In this document: piece by piece, positions 1 to 11,948 of the stretch
Position numbering within the stretch: position 1 is the stretch's first letter
Layout: each line of letters starts with the position of its first letter
NCBI RefSeq assembly: GCF_006345805.1
Contig: NC_043022.1
Span: 3,968,001 to 4,032,000, forward strand
Length of the DNA: 64,000 nt
Direction of reading: 5' to 3'
Source: Octopus sinensis
Lineage: Eukaryota
The notes under the pieces: model-generated
The model's input: the letters and a program-made list of their open reading frames with translations, nothing else
Told to the model about the DNA's origin: nothing
Databases searched by the model: none
Translations under genes and position numbers: made by a program

Positions 1-250
1 CTACTACTACCACCATCACTAAGTTATGGGGACGTAAACACACAAACACCGGTTATCAAGCAGTTGTTGGGCACTAACACATACACATACACACGATGAG
101 CTTCTTCTAGTTTCCATCGACCAAATGCACTCTCAAGGATCAGCCTGAGGCTATAGTAGAAGACACTTGCCCATGGTTCCACATAATGGGATTGAACCTG
201 GAACCATGTGATTGGGTTCTACTACTACTACTGCTACTACTATGACTCAC

Positions 251-420
251 ATCTTCAGCTAGTTCATCCAGGGCTTGTAGGTAGTTTTCTCTGACCATAG
301 ACAGCTTGGCCATCGTCCTCTTCACCATGTGGTTACATTTGATGCCAGTCACCTTGTTCTTTGTTTCAAACCAATTAATCAGAGACAAATAGTTTGCCGC
401 CTCGTTTGTCTTACCCAAGC
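251..420 (-). CDS. ZMYND12: ZMYND12 coding exon 4; gene continues beyond the left edge
   Basis: (G)LGKTNEAANYLSLINWFETKNKVTGIKCNHMVKRTMAKLSMVRENYLQALDELAED continues exon 3 in phase (LLG|LG). GACAG acceptor, GTGAGT donor. Confidence 0.88.
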
Positions 421-1058
421 CTGTCAACAACAACAACAACAACAACAACATTAATAACAACAGACAGCAATACCAACAGCAACAACACCTAAACTCTATA
501 ATATTTCATATGATAAACGAAAGCAAAATGGCATGTTTCATCATTTCCAGTGGTTTTCTGCATCAGAAATAAACTGCAGTTGGAGATGAATATAGTGGTC
601 AGAGTTTTAAAAATTTTAAGAGTTAGCTGACCTAATTTTCTGGCAGAGCAAGGTGGCGAGATGGCAGAAACGTAAGCATGCCAGGCGAAATGCTTAGCGG
701 TATTTCATGTCTTTACGTTCTGAGTTCAAATTCCACCGAAGTCGACTTTACCTTTCATCCTTTTGGGGTCGATAAATTAAGTGCCAGTTACTGGGACTGA
801 TCTAATCGACTGGGTCCCTCCTCTAGAATTTCAGACCTTGTGCCTCAAGTAGATAAGAATTTTCTGGCAGAGCAACTAAGGAAGACATTTTCCAAGTGTT
901 TCTAATTTCTGAGCATTCGTCAGTGGATGTATAACTTTTGCCATACAAAGGCTAATTAATGTTTGAGTGCTATTTTGGCATGTGATCTACAACTTCAAGG
1001 GCGATTACTCTAGATTACTTCTTAGTTCATTTTTAGTGTATTTTCTCAAAGTTCTTAC

Positions 1059-1093
<35 letters not shown>

Positions 1094-1238
1094 TTTTTAA
1101 AAACCTTTTATAAAACTGTGCATCATTAGAGAACTTTTGAAGTCTGCTTACAATCAAACTTTGCTTTTTATAGAACTCTCTTCAATACTTCATGAGTGTA
1201 GCCTCACCCCCTAGGATGTTTGGAAAACTCATATGCGT

Positions 1239-1327
1239 TTTAGCTGATGAATACGAGACACTTGAATTTGCTGCAATATTTGCAGCTTTTAATAAAGCTG
1301 TTCTTCGTATGAAACAATTGTACTGAA
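1239..1327 (+). ncRNA. Type I hammerhead ribozyme motif with extended stem II
   Basis: TTTAG-CTGATGA-ATACGAG...TTCGTAT-GAAAC-AATT-GTA-CTGAA: intact core, stems I, II and III all pair, GUA cleavage triplet. Confidence 0.75.
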
Positions 1328-1356
1328 CAACTAATCCATTCTTGTTGCTTTTTTCT

Positions 1357-1391
<35 letters not shown>

Positions 1392-1714
1392 TGAACTAAC
1401 TGTTACTTTCTCAGATGCAGCACAGAATTTTGTCAGTGAACAGGTCTCAGTCTCAAAGCGATGAAAATATTTTGGCAAATTAAATTTAAATGTTATCTAC
1501 TTTGTGTGTTCTTGAATGGCTTATAAACACCTTCCACACTGCAATTCTTTTTGTTTCAGCACATGATCTCAGATCAGGTCACTTGCTATGCAAGTACATC
1601 TTTGTCATTCTTACTATTTTAATAATGATAAAACCAGGTTTCATTTATGTCTTAGTAAATAATAATAAGGAACCAAGAAAAACAATGAAATAATTAAAAT
1701 AAGCTCGTAGATAA

Positions 1715-2125
1715 GCGCAGGAGTGGCTGTGTGGTAAGTAGCTTGCTAACCAACCACATGGTTCGGGGTTCAGTCCCACTACGTGGCATCTTGGGCAAGT
1801 GTCTTCTGCTATAGCCCCGGGCCGACCAATGCCTTGTGAGTGGATTTGGTAGACAGAAACTGAAAGAAGCCTGTCGTATATATGTATATATATATAAGTG
1901 TGTGTGTGTATGTTTGTGTGTCTGTGTTTGTCCCCATAGCATTGCTTGACAACCGATGCTGGTGTGTTTACGTCCCCGTCACTTAGCAGTTCGACAAAAG
2001 AGATCGATAGAATAAGTACTGGGCTTACAAAGAATAAGTCCCGGGGTCGATTTGCTTGACTAAAGGTGGTGCTCCAGCATGGCCGCAGTCAAATGACTGA
2101 AACAAGTAAAAGAGTAAAAGAGAGA
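1715..2125 (+). mobile_element. tRNA-derived SINE family A (about 410 bp, CORE-like segment, internal TA/TG microsatellite), more than 20 full or partial copies
   Basis: A/B-box head (TGGCTGTGTGGTAAG...GGTTCAGTCCC), TCTTGGGCAAGTG segment, GTAAAAGA-repeat tail. Other copies include 3308-3710(-), 8198-8568(+), 20586-20996(-), 23105-23482(-), 33563-33853(-), 48405-48780(-), 49263-49660(-), 62520-62908(-), 63838-64000(-). Confidence 0.9.
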
Positions 2126-4451
2126 TCACACAACTTTGATAGTCACGAGTTTTGCAACATAAAATTGGCAAAATTTCACCGTTTTCCCTTTGCTTTGAGC
2201 TTCCTTCATTTCTCCAACAAGGTGCAACATTTTGTTCATCATATAAAAGGCTATTTCTTCATAAAAATGCATCTGCCTTCGTCTCATCGCTGATCACATT
2301 GTAAAAATCTTAAGGATTTTTAAAAACTAAAATGTAAACTAAAATTACAACGGTGGTGCCCCAGCATGACCACAGCTGTGAAGCTGAAACAATTAAAGAT
2401 TTTAAGTAATCACTCTTGAAGTTGTAGAGCACATGCCAAGGTAGCACCAAGTGTTTGTATATAACCCACTGTTTGAGAAACTGGAATGATATTCATCTTA
2501 TGATGGGTAAATTTGGAAACATACTTTATTCCCTGAGGGTAATAGCAGGAATTATGTGCATATATAATTATAATTTAAATTTCATCAATTTTTTTTTTCT
2601 TTGGTGCTTATACAAAATTCTGAAAATGAATACCAATTATCAAAAGGGAAACATCTATTACCGTTAAAATTAAATATAACAAATTTGATCTGGCCCCATA
2701 CAACTTGAAGTTTTAAAGGCTCCTTACATAAACCTAGATTGTTGGGCTGAGGAAGCCGAAAGGAGAAGTGCAAGAAGTTCAAGATGGCTACCAAAAATTG
2801 GTAAAGAAAGTTGACTTCAGCATTATTTGAACTTGGCAGGTAAAAAAATTGGAAGGAATTCTGCAAAGCAACATTCTGATGCTCCAACAGTTCTGCTAGC
2901 AGCCTGTCAATAATAATCAATTCTTCTATAAACACAAAACCTTTAGGAAAGGGTTATAGTCAATTACATCGACCTTGGTGCTTAAGATAAAGTCAACTGC
3001 CTCCACCTATCTTCACGTTCTGAGTTCAAATTCTGCCAAGTTCGATTTTGGTTTTCATCCTCGAGGTCAATGAAATAGGTACCAGTCAAGCACTGGAATC
3101 AATGTAATCAACTTATTCTTTACCCGCCAAAACATCTGGCAAGGCCCAAGGGTGGTTCACAAGACACCTGAAGAAGGCTGGGGCATACAACAGCCAAAAC
3201 GTAGAGAAAAGCCACAACCAAGATGAGGACACTGTTTAGACTAATACATAATATAAAAATTCCTTATCTCAGAAATATTACTAACTGGTCCTCCGTCGGT
3301 TGTGATACTCTCTCTTTACTCTTTTACTTGTTTCAGTCATTTGACTGCGGCCATGCTGGAGCACCACCTTTAGTCGAGGAGATCGACCCCGGGACTTATT
3401 CTTTATCAGCCCAGTACTTATTCTATCGGTCTCTAATGCCGAACCGCTAAGTGATGGGGACGTAAGCACACCAGCATCGGTTGTCAAGCAATGCAAGGGG
3501 GACAAACACACACACATACACATATATATATATATATACATATATACAACAGGCTTCTTTCAGTTTCTGTCTACCAAATCCACTCACAAGGCATTGGTCG
3601 GCCCGGGTCTATAGCAGAAGACACTTGCCCAAGATGCCACGCAGTGGGACTGAACCCGGAACTATGTGGTTGGTTAGCAAGCTACTTACCACACAGCCAC
3701 TCCTGCGCCTATGTGATGATGCGGATTCCAGGCAATCCGATCACTGGAACAGCCTACTCATGAAATTAACGTGACAGCAGCTGAGTACTTCACAGACACG
3801 CAAACCCTTGAAGTAGTAGTTCTTTCGGGGACAGTCAGTATGACACCAATGTGACAAGGCTGATCCTTCTCAAATACTGGGACAACTCATTTTTGCCAGT
3901 TGAGCAAACTGCAGCAATGGGAATAAAGAGTCTTGCTCAAGGACAAGACGTGCCACCAGGAATTTAAACTCATGACCTGACAAGTCAATTACCCTAACCA
4001 CTAAGCCACGCACCTTCGCAACTCTTATCGTATTAATCTCCAACCACATGGTTCCAGGTTCAGTCTCACTGCATGGGTAAATGTCTTCTACTATAGCCTT
4101 GGGCTGACCAAGCCTTGTGAGTGGATTTGATAGACAGAAACTGAAAGAAGCCCGTCGTATGTGTGTGTGTGTGTGTATGTCTCTGTGTCTGTGTCTCTGT
4201 CTCCCCATCACCACTTGACAACCGGTGTTGGTATGTTTACATCCCCGTAACTTGTCCGTTCGGCAAAAGACACTGATAGAATAGGTGTCAGGCTTTCAAA
4301 AAAACATAAGTCCCGTGGATTGATGTATTCAGCTAAAACCCATTGAAGGCAGTGCTCCAGCATGGCTACAGTCGAAAGAGTGAAAGAAATAAAAGAAGAT
4401 CATCGTTTGTAACGAGGTAATTGCAAAAAAGAAAGCAGGGTTTGTCCTTAC

Positions 4452-4623
4452 CGAGCAAACATTCGGCGAGAAGTAAATAAGCCGGGAGCCACTCTACGCC
4501 TTCGGCCTTGTATAACATTTTGTAGAGACGTAGACATTGAAGGGCCGGTGGAATAATAAGCTTGTAATTGCCTTCAAACAGATGTCGGTGTCCATGCAAG
4601 AGACACATGTTTATCAGATCGAG
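4452..4623 (-). CDS. ZMYND12: ZMYND12 coding exon 3 (TPR-like helical region)
   Basis: LDLINMCLLHGHRHLFEGNYKLIIPPALQCLRLYKMLYKAEGVEWLPAYLLLAECLL-G matches the family motif LFEG...PAALQ.LR...VE..PAYLLLAE..LG. GACAG acceptor, GTAAGG donor. Confidence 0.92.
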
Positions 4624-4661
4624 CTGTCAACAAATACAGAAGAACTATTGATATTATCGCC

Positions 4662-5636
4662 ATGGTGGTGGTGGTCATGGTGGTAGTGGTGGTGGTGGTC
4701 ATGGTGGTAGTGGTGGTGGTGGTGGTGGTCATGGTGGTCGTAGTGGTAGTGGTGGTGGTGGTGGTGGTGGTCATGGTGGTAGTGGTGGTGGTGATCATGG
4801 TGGTAGTGGTGATGGTGGTCATGGTGGTAGTGGTGATGGTGGTGGTGGTCATGGTGGTCGTAGTGGTAGTGGTGGTGGTGGTGGTGGTGGTCATGGTGGT
4901 AGTGGTGGTGGTGATCATGGTGGTAGTGGTGATGGTTGTGGTGGTCATGGTGGTAGTGGTCATGGTTGTGGTGGTCATGGTGGTAGTGGTAGTGGTGGTG
5001 GTGGTGATCATGGTGGTAGTGGTGATGGTAGTCATGGTGGTAGTGGTGATGGTGGTGGTGGTCATGGTGGTAGTGGTGATGGTTGTGGTGGTTATGGTGG
5101 TAGTGGTAGTGGTGGTGGTGGTGATCATGGTGGTAGTGGTGATGGTGGTCATGGTGGTAGTGGTGATGGTGGTGGTGGTCATGGTGGTCGTAGTGGTAGT
5201 GGTGGTGTGGTGGTGGTGGTGGTCATGGTGGTAGTGGTGGTGGTGGTCATTGTGGTAGTGGTCATGGTGGTGGTGGTGGTGGTGGTAGTGGTAGTGGTGG
5301 TGGTGGTGGTGTCATGGTGGTAGTTGGTGGTGATCATGGTGGTAGTGGTGTGATGGTTGTGGTGGTCATGGTGGTAGTGGTCATGGTTGTGGTGGTCATG
5401 GTGGTAGTGGTGGTGGTGGTGGTGGTCATGGGGGTAGTGGTGATGGTTGTGGTGGTTATGGTGGTAGTGGTATGTGGTGGTGGTGTTCATGGTGGTAGTG
5501 GTGGTGGTCATGGTGGTAGTGGTAGTGGTGGTGTGGTGGTCATGGTGGTAGTGGGTGGTGGTCATGTGGTAGTGGTAGTGGTGGTGGTCATGGTGGTAGT
5601 GTGTGGTGGTGGTGGTCATGGTGGTAGTGGTGGTAG
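4662..5636. repeat. Complex (GTG/ATG/GTA/GTC)n trinucleotide array
   Basis: Recurring unit ATGGTGGTAGTGGTGATGGTGGTGGTGGTC. Confidence 0.95.
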
Positions 5637-5649
5637 TAAAGAAAATACT

Positions 5650-5877
5650 TTAACCCTTTAACATTCAAACTGGCCATATCTGGCCAAAATATTTAACCTG
5701 TTTTATATTGAAACTGACCAGCTCTCGCCTCTCACCTCAGCCCTACCATGTTGTTCTAAAACTAAATAATCACATCACCGAAATATCTAAACTACAAGAT
5801 GATGCAGGATTAATTCAAAATAATATAAATAAACAAACATCACATTTGACAGAATAATCTGAACACTAAAGGGTTAA
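5650..5877. mobile_element. piggyBac-like MITE (other copies 34608-35046, nested, and 62480-63085)
   Basis: TTAA-CCCTTTA... / ...TAAAGGG-TTAA termini. Confidence 0.75.
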
Positions 5878-6402
5878 TAATGAGGCATATGAGCCCTCGA
5901 TGGAAAAAAAAAAAAGGTTTTCTGTATGCATAGGATGGGAGAACCTAGTTTTTTGCCATTGAGGGCTTATATGATCCATTATTAGACTATTTTCTTTACT
6001 CTCCGAAATGCATATCGAATGCTTAAATGTTTTTTTTTTAATTATTTAATTTGTAATGTGTTGTTTATCTCGTTAAATGCATATTGAATGCTTAAAACTA
6101 CAAAAGACGTGTTGTTTGCTCATTTTCCGTGTGTAGAATACAGATATTGACAACACGTGCTATTTTCAGGACCTTGACAAAAATGTGCTGTCGTGCACAA
6201 AATGACGGCTTTCAAATCCTGTTTCCTGACTGAGTGAAAATGATCAACATTTTAAAAAACTTTTCTGGAAAAAGTTAAATAACTCCAGCAAAATGTGCCA
6301 AATTTTAAAATTTTCAATAAAGTCTAATCTTTGAAACCTTGGCAGTCAAACAGAAAAGATCCAATCTTTTTTATTTCCTGAAATTTTCTGAAACTTTTTA
6401 CA

Positions 6403-6814
6403 GATCTTTTTGGTTTGAACGGCAGTTTTTTAAAATAATTTCCACATAACTAAACACTTTTAAACTTCGTATACTGGTAGAATGTGTTTATAAAACATCT
6501 TTTTCTGTTGGCTTTATTGAGAAAATTCTATAGTTTGTAAGATATTTGTTGTCATTTTTCTTCAATTTCTGCAATTTCAACCAATCAATGATGTCTATAG
6601 AGTTGAAAACATTTTGTGCCGTATGAATATGTCCCTCGTTTAAGAAACAGATTGGGTTTATTTACATTTCTGAAGAAAAAAAGATACCTTCCCCCCACCC
6701 CTAACGCTAACCCTAAAACATTCAAATGCAATAGATCGATACTAGGGTCATAATTATGGGTGACAGTTTCATATGACACCGCTAGAAAAAACTGCCGTTC
6801 AAACCGAAAAGATC
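6403..6814. mobile_element. MITE with GATC-terminal TIRs (relatives at 25145-25465 and 46714-47108)
   Basis: GATCTTTTTGGTTTGAACGGCAGTTTTT / AAAAACTGCCGTTCAAACCGAAAAGATC. Internal CCTAAC repeats. Superfamily not assigned. Confidence 0.78.
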
Positions 6815-7997
6815 CCTTTTTGAGAAATTTGTATTCTACACACGGGAATTCCTACGATTATGCACCCCACCACAAAAAAAACGGTTTCCGTGCAAGATTG
6901 ATGACTTATTTAGAAAAATGGCGTTGTGAGTGTTTATTGAGCGAAAACACCTAAAGCTCCACGAGGCTCCGGCAGGGGATGGTGGTGATCCCTGCTGTAC
7001 TCTTTCACCACAACTTTCTCTCACTCTTACTTCCTGTTTCTCTTGTACCTGTATTTCAAAGGGCCGGCCTTGTCACTCTCTGTGTCACGCTGAATATCCC
7101 CGAGAACTACGTTAAGGGTGCACATGTCTGTGGAGTGCTCAGCCACTTACACGTTAATTGCACGAGCAGGCTGTTCCATTGATTCGGATCAACCGGAACC
7201 CTCGTTGTCGTAACCGACGGAGTGCTTCAAAAAAAATTTAGCTGCTATTTTTAGCACATCTCATACCGCATGTGTTTTAAGCATTTAATATCCGACAAAA
7301 AGAACACATGATACGTAGCTTGGTAACAGGCATGATTGGCTAAAATTACCCAAAATTTGCAATTCTTAGTTTATTGATTTATGGCGAAGCTTGGAGATCC
7401 TGTGATTTCTGGTGCCATGTAGAAAAAGCATCACGTCCACACTGTAAAATGGTTGGCATTTGGAAGGGCCTCCAGCTGTAAAAATCATGCCAAAACTGAC
7501 CTCACCTGTGCTAGTCCCACCTAAAAAGCACACTGTCCACCTCTGCAGAGTGGTTGGTTCTAGGAAGGGCACCCAGCCATAAAAACCCTGCCAAATCAGA
7601 CACAGTAGCCTGGGGTAGTCTCCTACCTGGCCAGCTCCTGTCAACCGTCCTAGCCATGCATGCATGGAAGATGGATGTAGATGATGGTGGTGGTGGTGGC
7701 GGCGGGGGAGGGCGGTGGTGGTGGTGATGATGGTGGTGGAGGTGGTGCTGGTGCTGGTGGTGGTGGTGCTGGCGCAGCGGGAGTGGCGGGGGCGGTGGCG
7801 ACGGTGGTGGTGGTGATGATGGTGGTGGAGCTGGTGCTGGTGCTGGTGGTGATGATTACTATACAAAACTACACCAATACACCAAATATGGAAATCAATT
7901 GGAAGAGAAATTGAAGAAACTGAATTGTGGCAGACAAACAAAAAAGATCCGAAAGATGAAAGAACGCTAATTAAACTGAGATAATTAATTGTTTTAC

Positions 7998-8139
7998 TTT
8001 AGTGTTGAAGATGCTCCGTTCAAGTGCTTGTTGTTGCAGCTTCCTGATGCTTCTTGTTGGCGGATTATAGAGGTAGATGAGGCTCTTGCAGAGATACCTG
8101 TGAATTCCGACCCAGTCCAATTGTTGATGTTCTCGATTA
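7998..8139 (-). CDS. ZMYND12: ZMYND12 coding exon 2
   Basis: TTTCAG acceptor. Reads (C)NREHQQLDWVGIHRYLCKSLIYLYNPPTRSIRKLQQQALERSIFNTK and completes the MYND finger (H..DW..IH...C). GTAAAA donor, phase 0, in frame with both neighbours. Confidence 0.9.
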
Positions 8140-8728
8140 CTGAAACAAAAAAGAAGAAAATAAACAAAAGAAAACAAAAAGAAAAAATGTGAGGTATAGG
8201 CGCAGGAGTGGCTGTGTGGTAAGTAGCTTGCTAACCAGCCACATGGTTCTGGGTTCAGTCCCACTGCGTGGCATCTTGGGCAAGTGTCTTCTGCTATAGC
8301 CTCGGGACGACCAATGCCTTGTGAGTGGATTTGGTAGACAGAAACTGAAAGAAGCCTGTCGTATATATGTATATATATATATGTATGTGTGTGTATATGT
8401 TTGTGAGTTTGTGTTTGTCCCTCTAGCATTGCTTGACAACCGATGTTGGTGTGTTTACGTCCCCGTCACTTAGCGGTTCGGCAAAAGAGACCGATAGAAT
8501 AAGTACTGGGCTTACAAAGAATAAGTCCCGGGGTCGATTTGCTCGACTAAAGGCGGTGCTCCAGCATGGTAATACTTGCCATCTCAATATGGCTAACCAC
8601 TAGGGTGGGTGTTACTGTAGCTTGTAGCCCCAGGAGAACATCGTCTCCAGCTGGCTTTAGGCACACTTTCTGTGCTCTTATGGTATTTGCAAAGGGAGGT
8701 CATCCTTCCCTCGTCAACCTAAGTGATA

Positions 8729-8773
8729 CGCACAGACTGCAGTTTCTAGGTATTGAACTGTCGTCGGCGTATG
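8729..8773 (-). ncRNA. Degenerate type I hammerhead motif
   Basis: CATACG-CCGACGA-CAG..CTA-GAAAC-TGCA-GTC-TGTGCG. Core U4C change and a mismatched first stem II pair. Confidence 0.5.
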
Positions 8774-9168
8774 ACAATCACCGGTTTTCGATGAAAGGAG
8801 GTCCAAATGCAAATCCTTATATTGTTTTTCCAGTAACTTTTCTTCACTGATCTCAAAAAACTGTATGCAAGCGGGAGATGATGTTCTCCTGGGGCTACAA
8901 GCTACAGTAACACCCACCCTTAGTGGTTAGCCATATTGAGATGGCAAGTATAGCTCAAAAAGAAAAAAGAGATGGAAAAAATGGACGTGTTATGGATTTA
9001 ATTGCTGTGTGTGATTAAATTTTGGATCGTTTGAGAAGGGGATACACTAGTCATCATCACCATCATCACCATCATCATCGTATTCATCATCCTCATCATC
9101 ATCATCATAACCAACATCATCATCACATTGGGATCAGATCTGGATGAAGATTTGTTATATGCTAACAG

Positions 9169-9555
9169 TGGAGGCGCAATGGCCCAGTGGTTAGGGCAGC
9201 GGACTCGCGGTCGTAGGATCGCGGTTTCGATTCCCAGACCGGGCATTGTGAGTGTTTATTGAGCGAAAACACCTAAAGCTTCACAAGGCTCCTCCAGGGG
9301 ATGGTGGTGATCCCTTCTGTACTCTTTCACCACAACTTTCTCTCACTCTTTCTTCCTGTTTTTGTTGTACCTGTATTTCAAAAAAGGGCCGGCCTTGTCA
9401 CTCTCTGTGTCACGCTGAATATCCCCGAGAACTACGTTAAGGGTACACGTGTCTGTGGAATGCTCAGCCACTTGCACGTTAATTCCACGAGCAGGCTGTT
9501 CCATTGATCGTATCAGCTGGGACCCTCATCGTCGTAACCGACGGAGTGCTCCTAC
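9169..9555 (+). mobile_element. tRNA-derived SINE family B with 13-bp target-site duplication
   Basis: Head TGGCCCAGTGGTTAGGGC...GGTTTCGATTCCC. TATATGCTAACAG is duplicated at 9156-9168 and 9556-9568. Other copies 6920-7228, 25640-26020, 3745-4020(-), 22405-22880(-). Confidence 0.88.
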
Positions 9556-10154
9556 TATATGCTAACAGGTGAACATTCAGTCCGTCTCCTATCATTTATG
9601 TATCGGTCAATATCACAGTATCATGGTATTGACCAGACTATCAGATGTTGTTATACATCACTGGTCACAATACGCTTTGCATTGTTTTAACTTTTGAACG
9701 ACACCACCCTGCTGGGATATATCATCATCATCGTCATCATCATCACCAGCAGCAGCAGTAGCAAGGTTAACAGGTATGATTGTATCGTAAGTAGTTCACT
9801 TCCAAACCACATGGTTCTAGTTCAGTCCCACTGTGTGGTACTTTGGCCAAGTGTAATTTACTACAGCCCCAGGCTGACCAAAGCCTTCTGAGTGGATTTG
9901 GAACACAAGAAAAGGAAGAAGCTCGTCACGTGTGTGTGCGTGGGGGGTGAGTGTGTGAGTGTGTGGGGGAGTGTGTGTGAGTGTGTGAGTGTGTGTGCAT
10001 ATGTGTGAGTGTGTGAGTGTGTGTGTGTGTGTGCGTGTGTGTGTGTTAATGTCCACTTTATCCTATTTGCATGGTTTAAGATGCAATTCTGTGTGTGTGT
10101 ACATACATATATACAAACACACATGCATGCACACACACGCTCACACATCCAAAA

Positions 10155-10194
<40 letters not shown>

Positions 10195-10335
10195 ACACAT
10201 ACATACATACAAACAATTCAGAAATATATTTAATAAAATACAAAACTGCAAACTTTTAAAGAAGTAACCAAAATAAATCTCGGTAAAGTCTAGCATCCTG
10301 TAGAATGTAAGAGTGTGTAGAAGCAGTCCACTTAC

Positions 10336-10490
10336 CAATAAGCAGCTATTTTACAGCCCTTGCATCTCATCCAGGCAGGTAAGCCACACACATCACAGTA
10401 GATGTAGGTGCCTTTGGGATTAGCCAAGGGGTAGAGTTTCACAGTGCTGCCTCTTGTGGAAGACGTCTTTTCTGCCTTATTCTCCGCCAT
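10336..10490 (-). CDS. ZMYND12: ZMYND12 coding exon 1 (MYND zinc finger, N-terminal half)
   Basis: Reads MAENKAEKTSSTRGSTVKLYPLANPKGTYIYCDVCGLPAWMRCKGCKIAAY-C. This matches the ZMYND12 N-terminus (YPLA.PKG...CxxC...CxxC...YC). GTAAGT donor at 10335, phase 2. Not in the ORF track. Confidence 0.92.
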
Positions 10491-11599
10491 CTTATCCCTA
10501 ATGAACGTGAAACGAAGATATGAGGATATATGTATACGATAAAAGGAAATAACAAGGAGGAAGGAAGGGAAAAAAGAAAGAAAGAAGGCAGGATGGAAAG
10601 AAAAAAAAGAAAGAAAGAAAGAAATAAAGAAAGAAAGAAAGAAAGAAAGGAAGGAAGGAAGGAAGAAAAGGAGAACAACAAATCACTCATAAATGGCCAT
10701 CATTCAATGTTAATGGTTTTTGATTGTCTGTTGAAATCTCGTTTGCCGGAAATGGCAAGCACCTGTTTCTCGTTAGCAGTTTACTAATTATTTATTCATC
10801 ACATGCTTTCTTACATGTTGATTAACCTTTCATCGTCTAGCATAAAGCCATCTCCTTCTCTGCTGCGCTCTTGCTCGGTTGAGGAAACTTTTTTATGGTC
10901 TTGGGATTACATGATAATTTCATCTCTGCCCCGGTGCCATGTAAAAGTACATTTCTGTAAAGTGGTTGGTGTTAGGAATGGCATCAAGCTGTAGAAATCA
11001 GGACAAAAGTGAAACATGGAAGCAAGACGTGGTCCTCCGACCCATGAGATCCTGTCAAACTCTTCAACTCATACCAATTCAATATACAGATATGTACAAA
11101 TTGGGGCTCACTAGGGCACAGTTCTTTGTCCTTTTCTATTTACCATAGTCCTCCTGGCCATAAGGGAAGAGCTCAAAACCAAACATCCACAGGAGCTACT
11201 ATATGTCAAGGACTAAGCTCTTAGAGCTGAATTTGTAGGTTTAGAGAAGAAATCCCAGGTGTTGAAGCATTGGCATAGCTAGAGTGTGTGCTGCCTTCTG
11301 TTTACTGTCCCAGACCCCACAGAAAACACATATTGTCTACAGCACACCCAAAAGTACCACTCGAGGCTGATCGCCCCCTACTATCCCTACCCCACCCCCA
11401 ACTACACTAGTGTGCTAGTGTGTGGAAGCAAACCCTGGAATCAAAGGACCTCAATGTTAACTCAGTAATGGCTGAAATATTAGTCAATTGCTGCAGGTAA
11501 GGACACTGTATTTCATTATGAAACCACATATATGCACATATATAGGACGTGGAACAATATAGTATTATTGGATGCTCAGGAAGGAAGGGAAAAAGGAGG

Positions 11600-11634
11600 G
11601 TTTTACATTTCGAGTGGAGCTCTTCGTCAGAAAC
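11600..11634 (-). ncRNA. Minimal type I hammerhead motif
   Basis: GTTT-CTGACGA-A-GAG-CTCCA-CTC-GAAAT-GTA-AAAC. Confidence 0.55.
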
Positions 11635-11714
11635 ATAGGAAAAGGAAAGATTCAGAGAAGGGAAGACGGAGGAAATAAGTATATTAAAGGCTTATGATGT
11701 AAAAAGTGACTAGG

Positions 11715-11747
<33 letters not shown>

Positions 11748-11948
11748 TACACCCACCCACACACACACCCACATACATACACACATGCATTCACACACAT
11801 GTGCATACACAGTAATGTGTTCTGCTTTCACTAATTACCGCAGCAGAACAATATAGTAGATAGAGGAATGATGGAAGGATGAGTAACAGGGGACAATGGA
11901 AAATAGAAAGTATAGACTTGAAGGGACACATTGGACGAGCAACTCATA

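Noticed and set aside
4574-5661. Long poly-Thr/Val/His ORFs
   Set aside because: They are translations of a trinucleotide array inside ZMYND12 intron 2, with no unique coding flanks or splice support.
9169-9245. tRNA genes at SINE heads (also 1715, 25640, 39441)
   Set aside because: A/B boxes are present but there is no complete cloverleaf, and each continues into a repeated SINE body.
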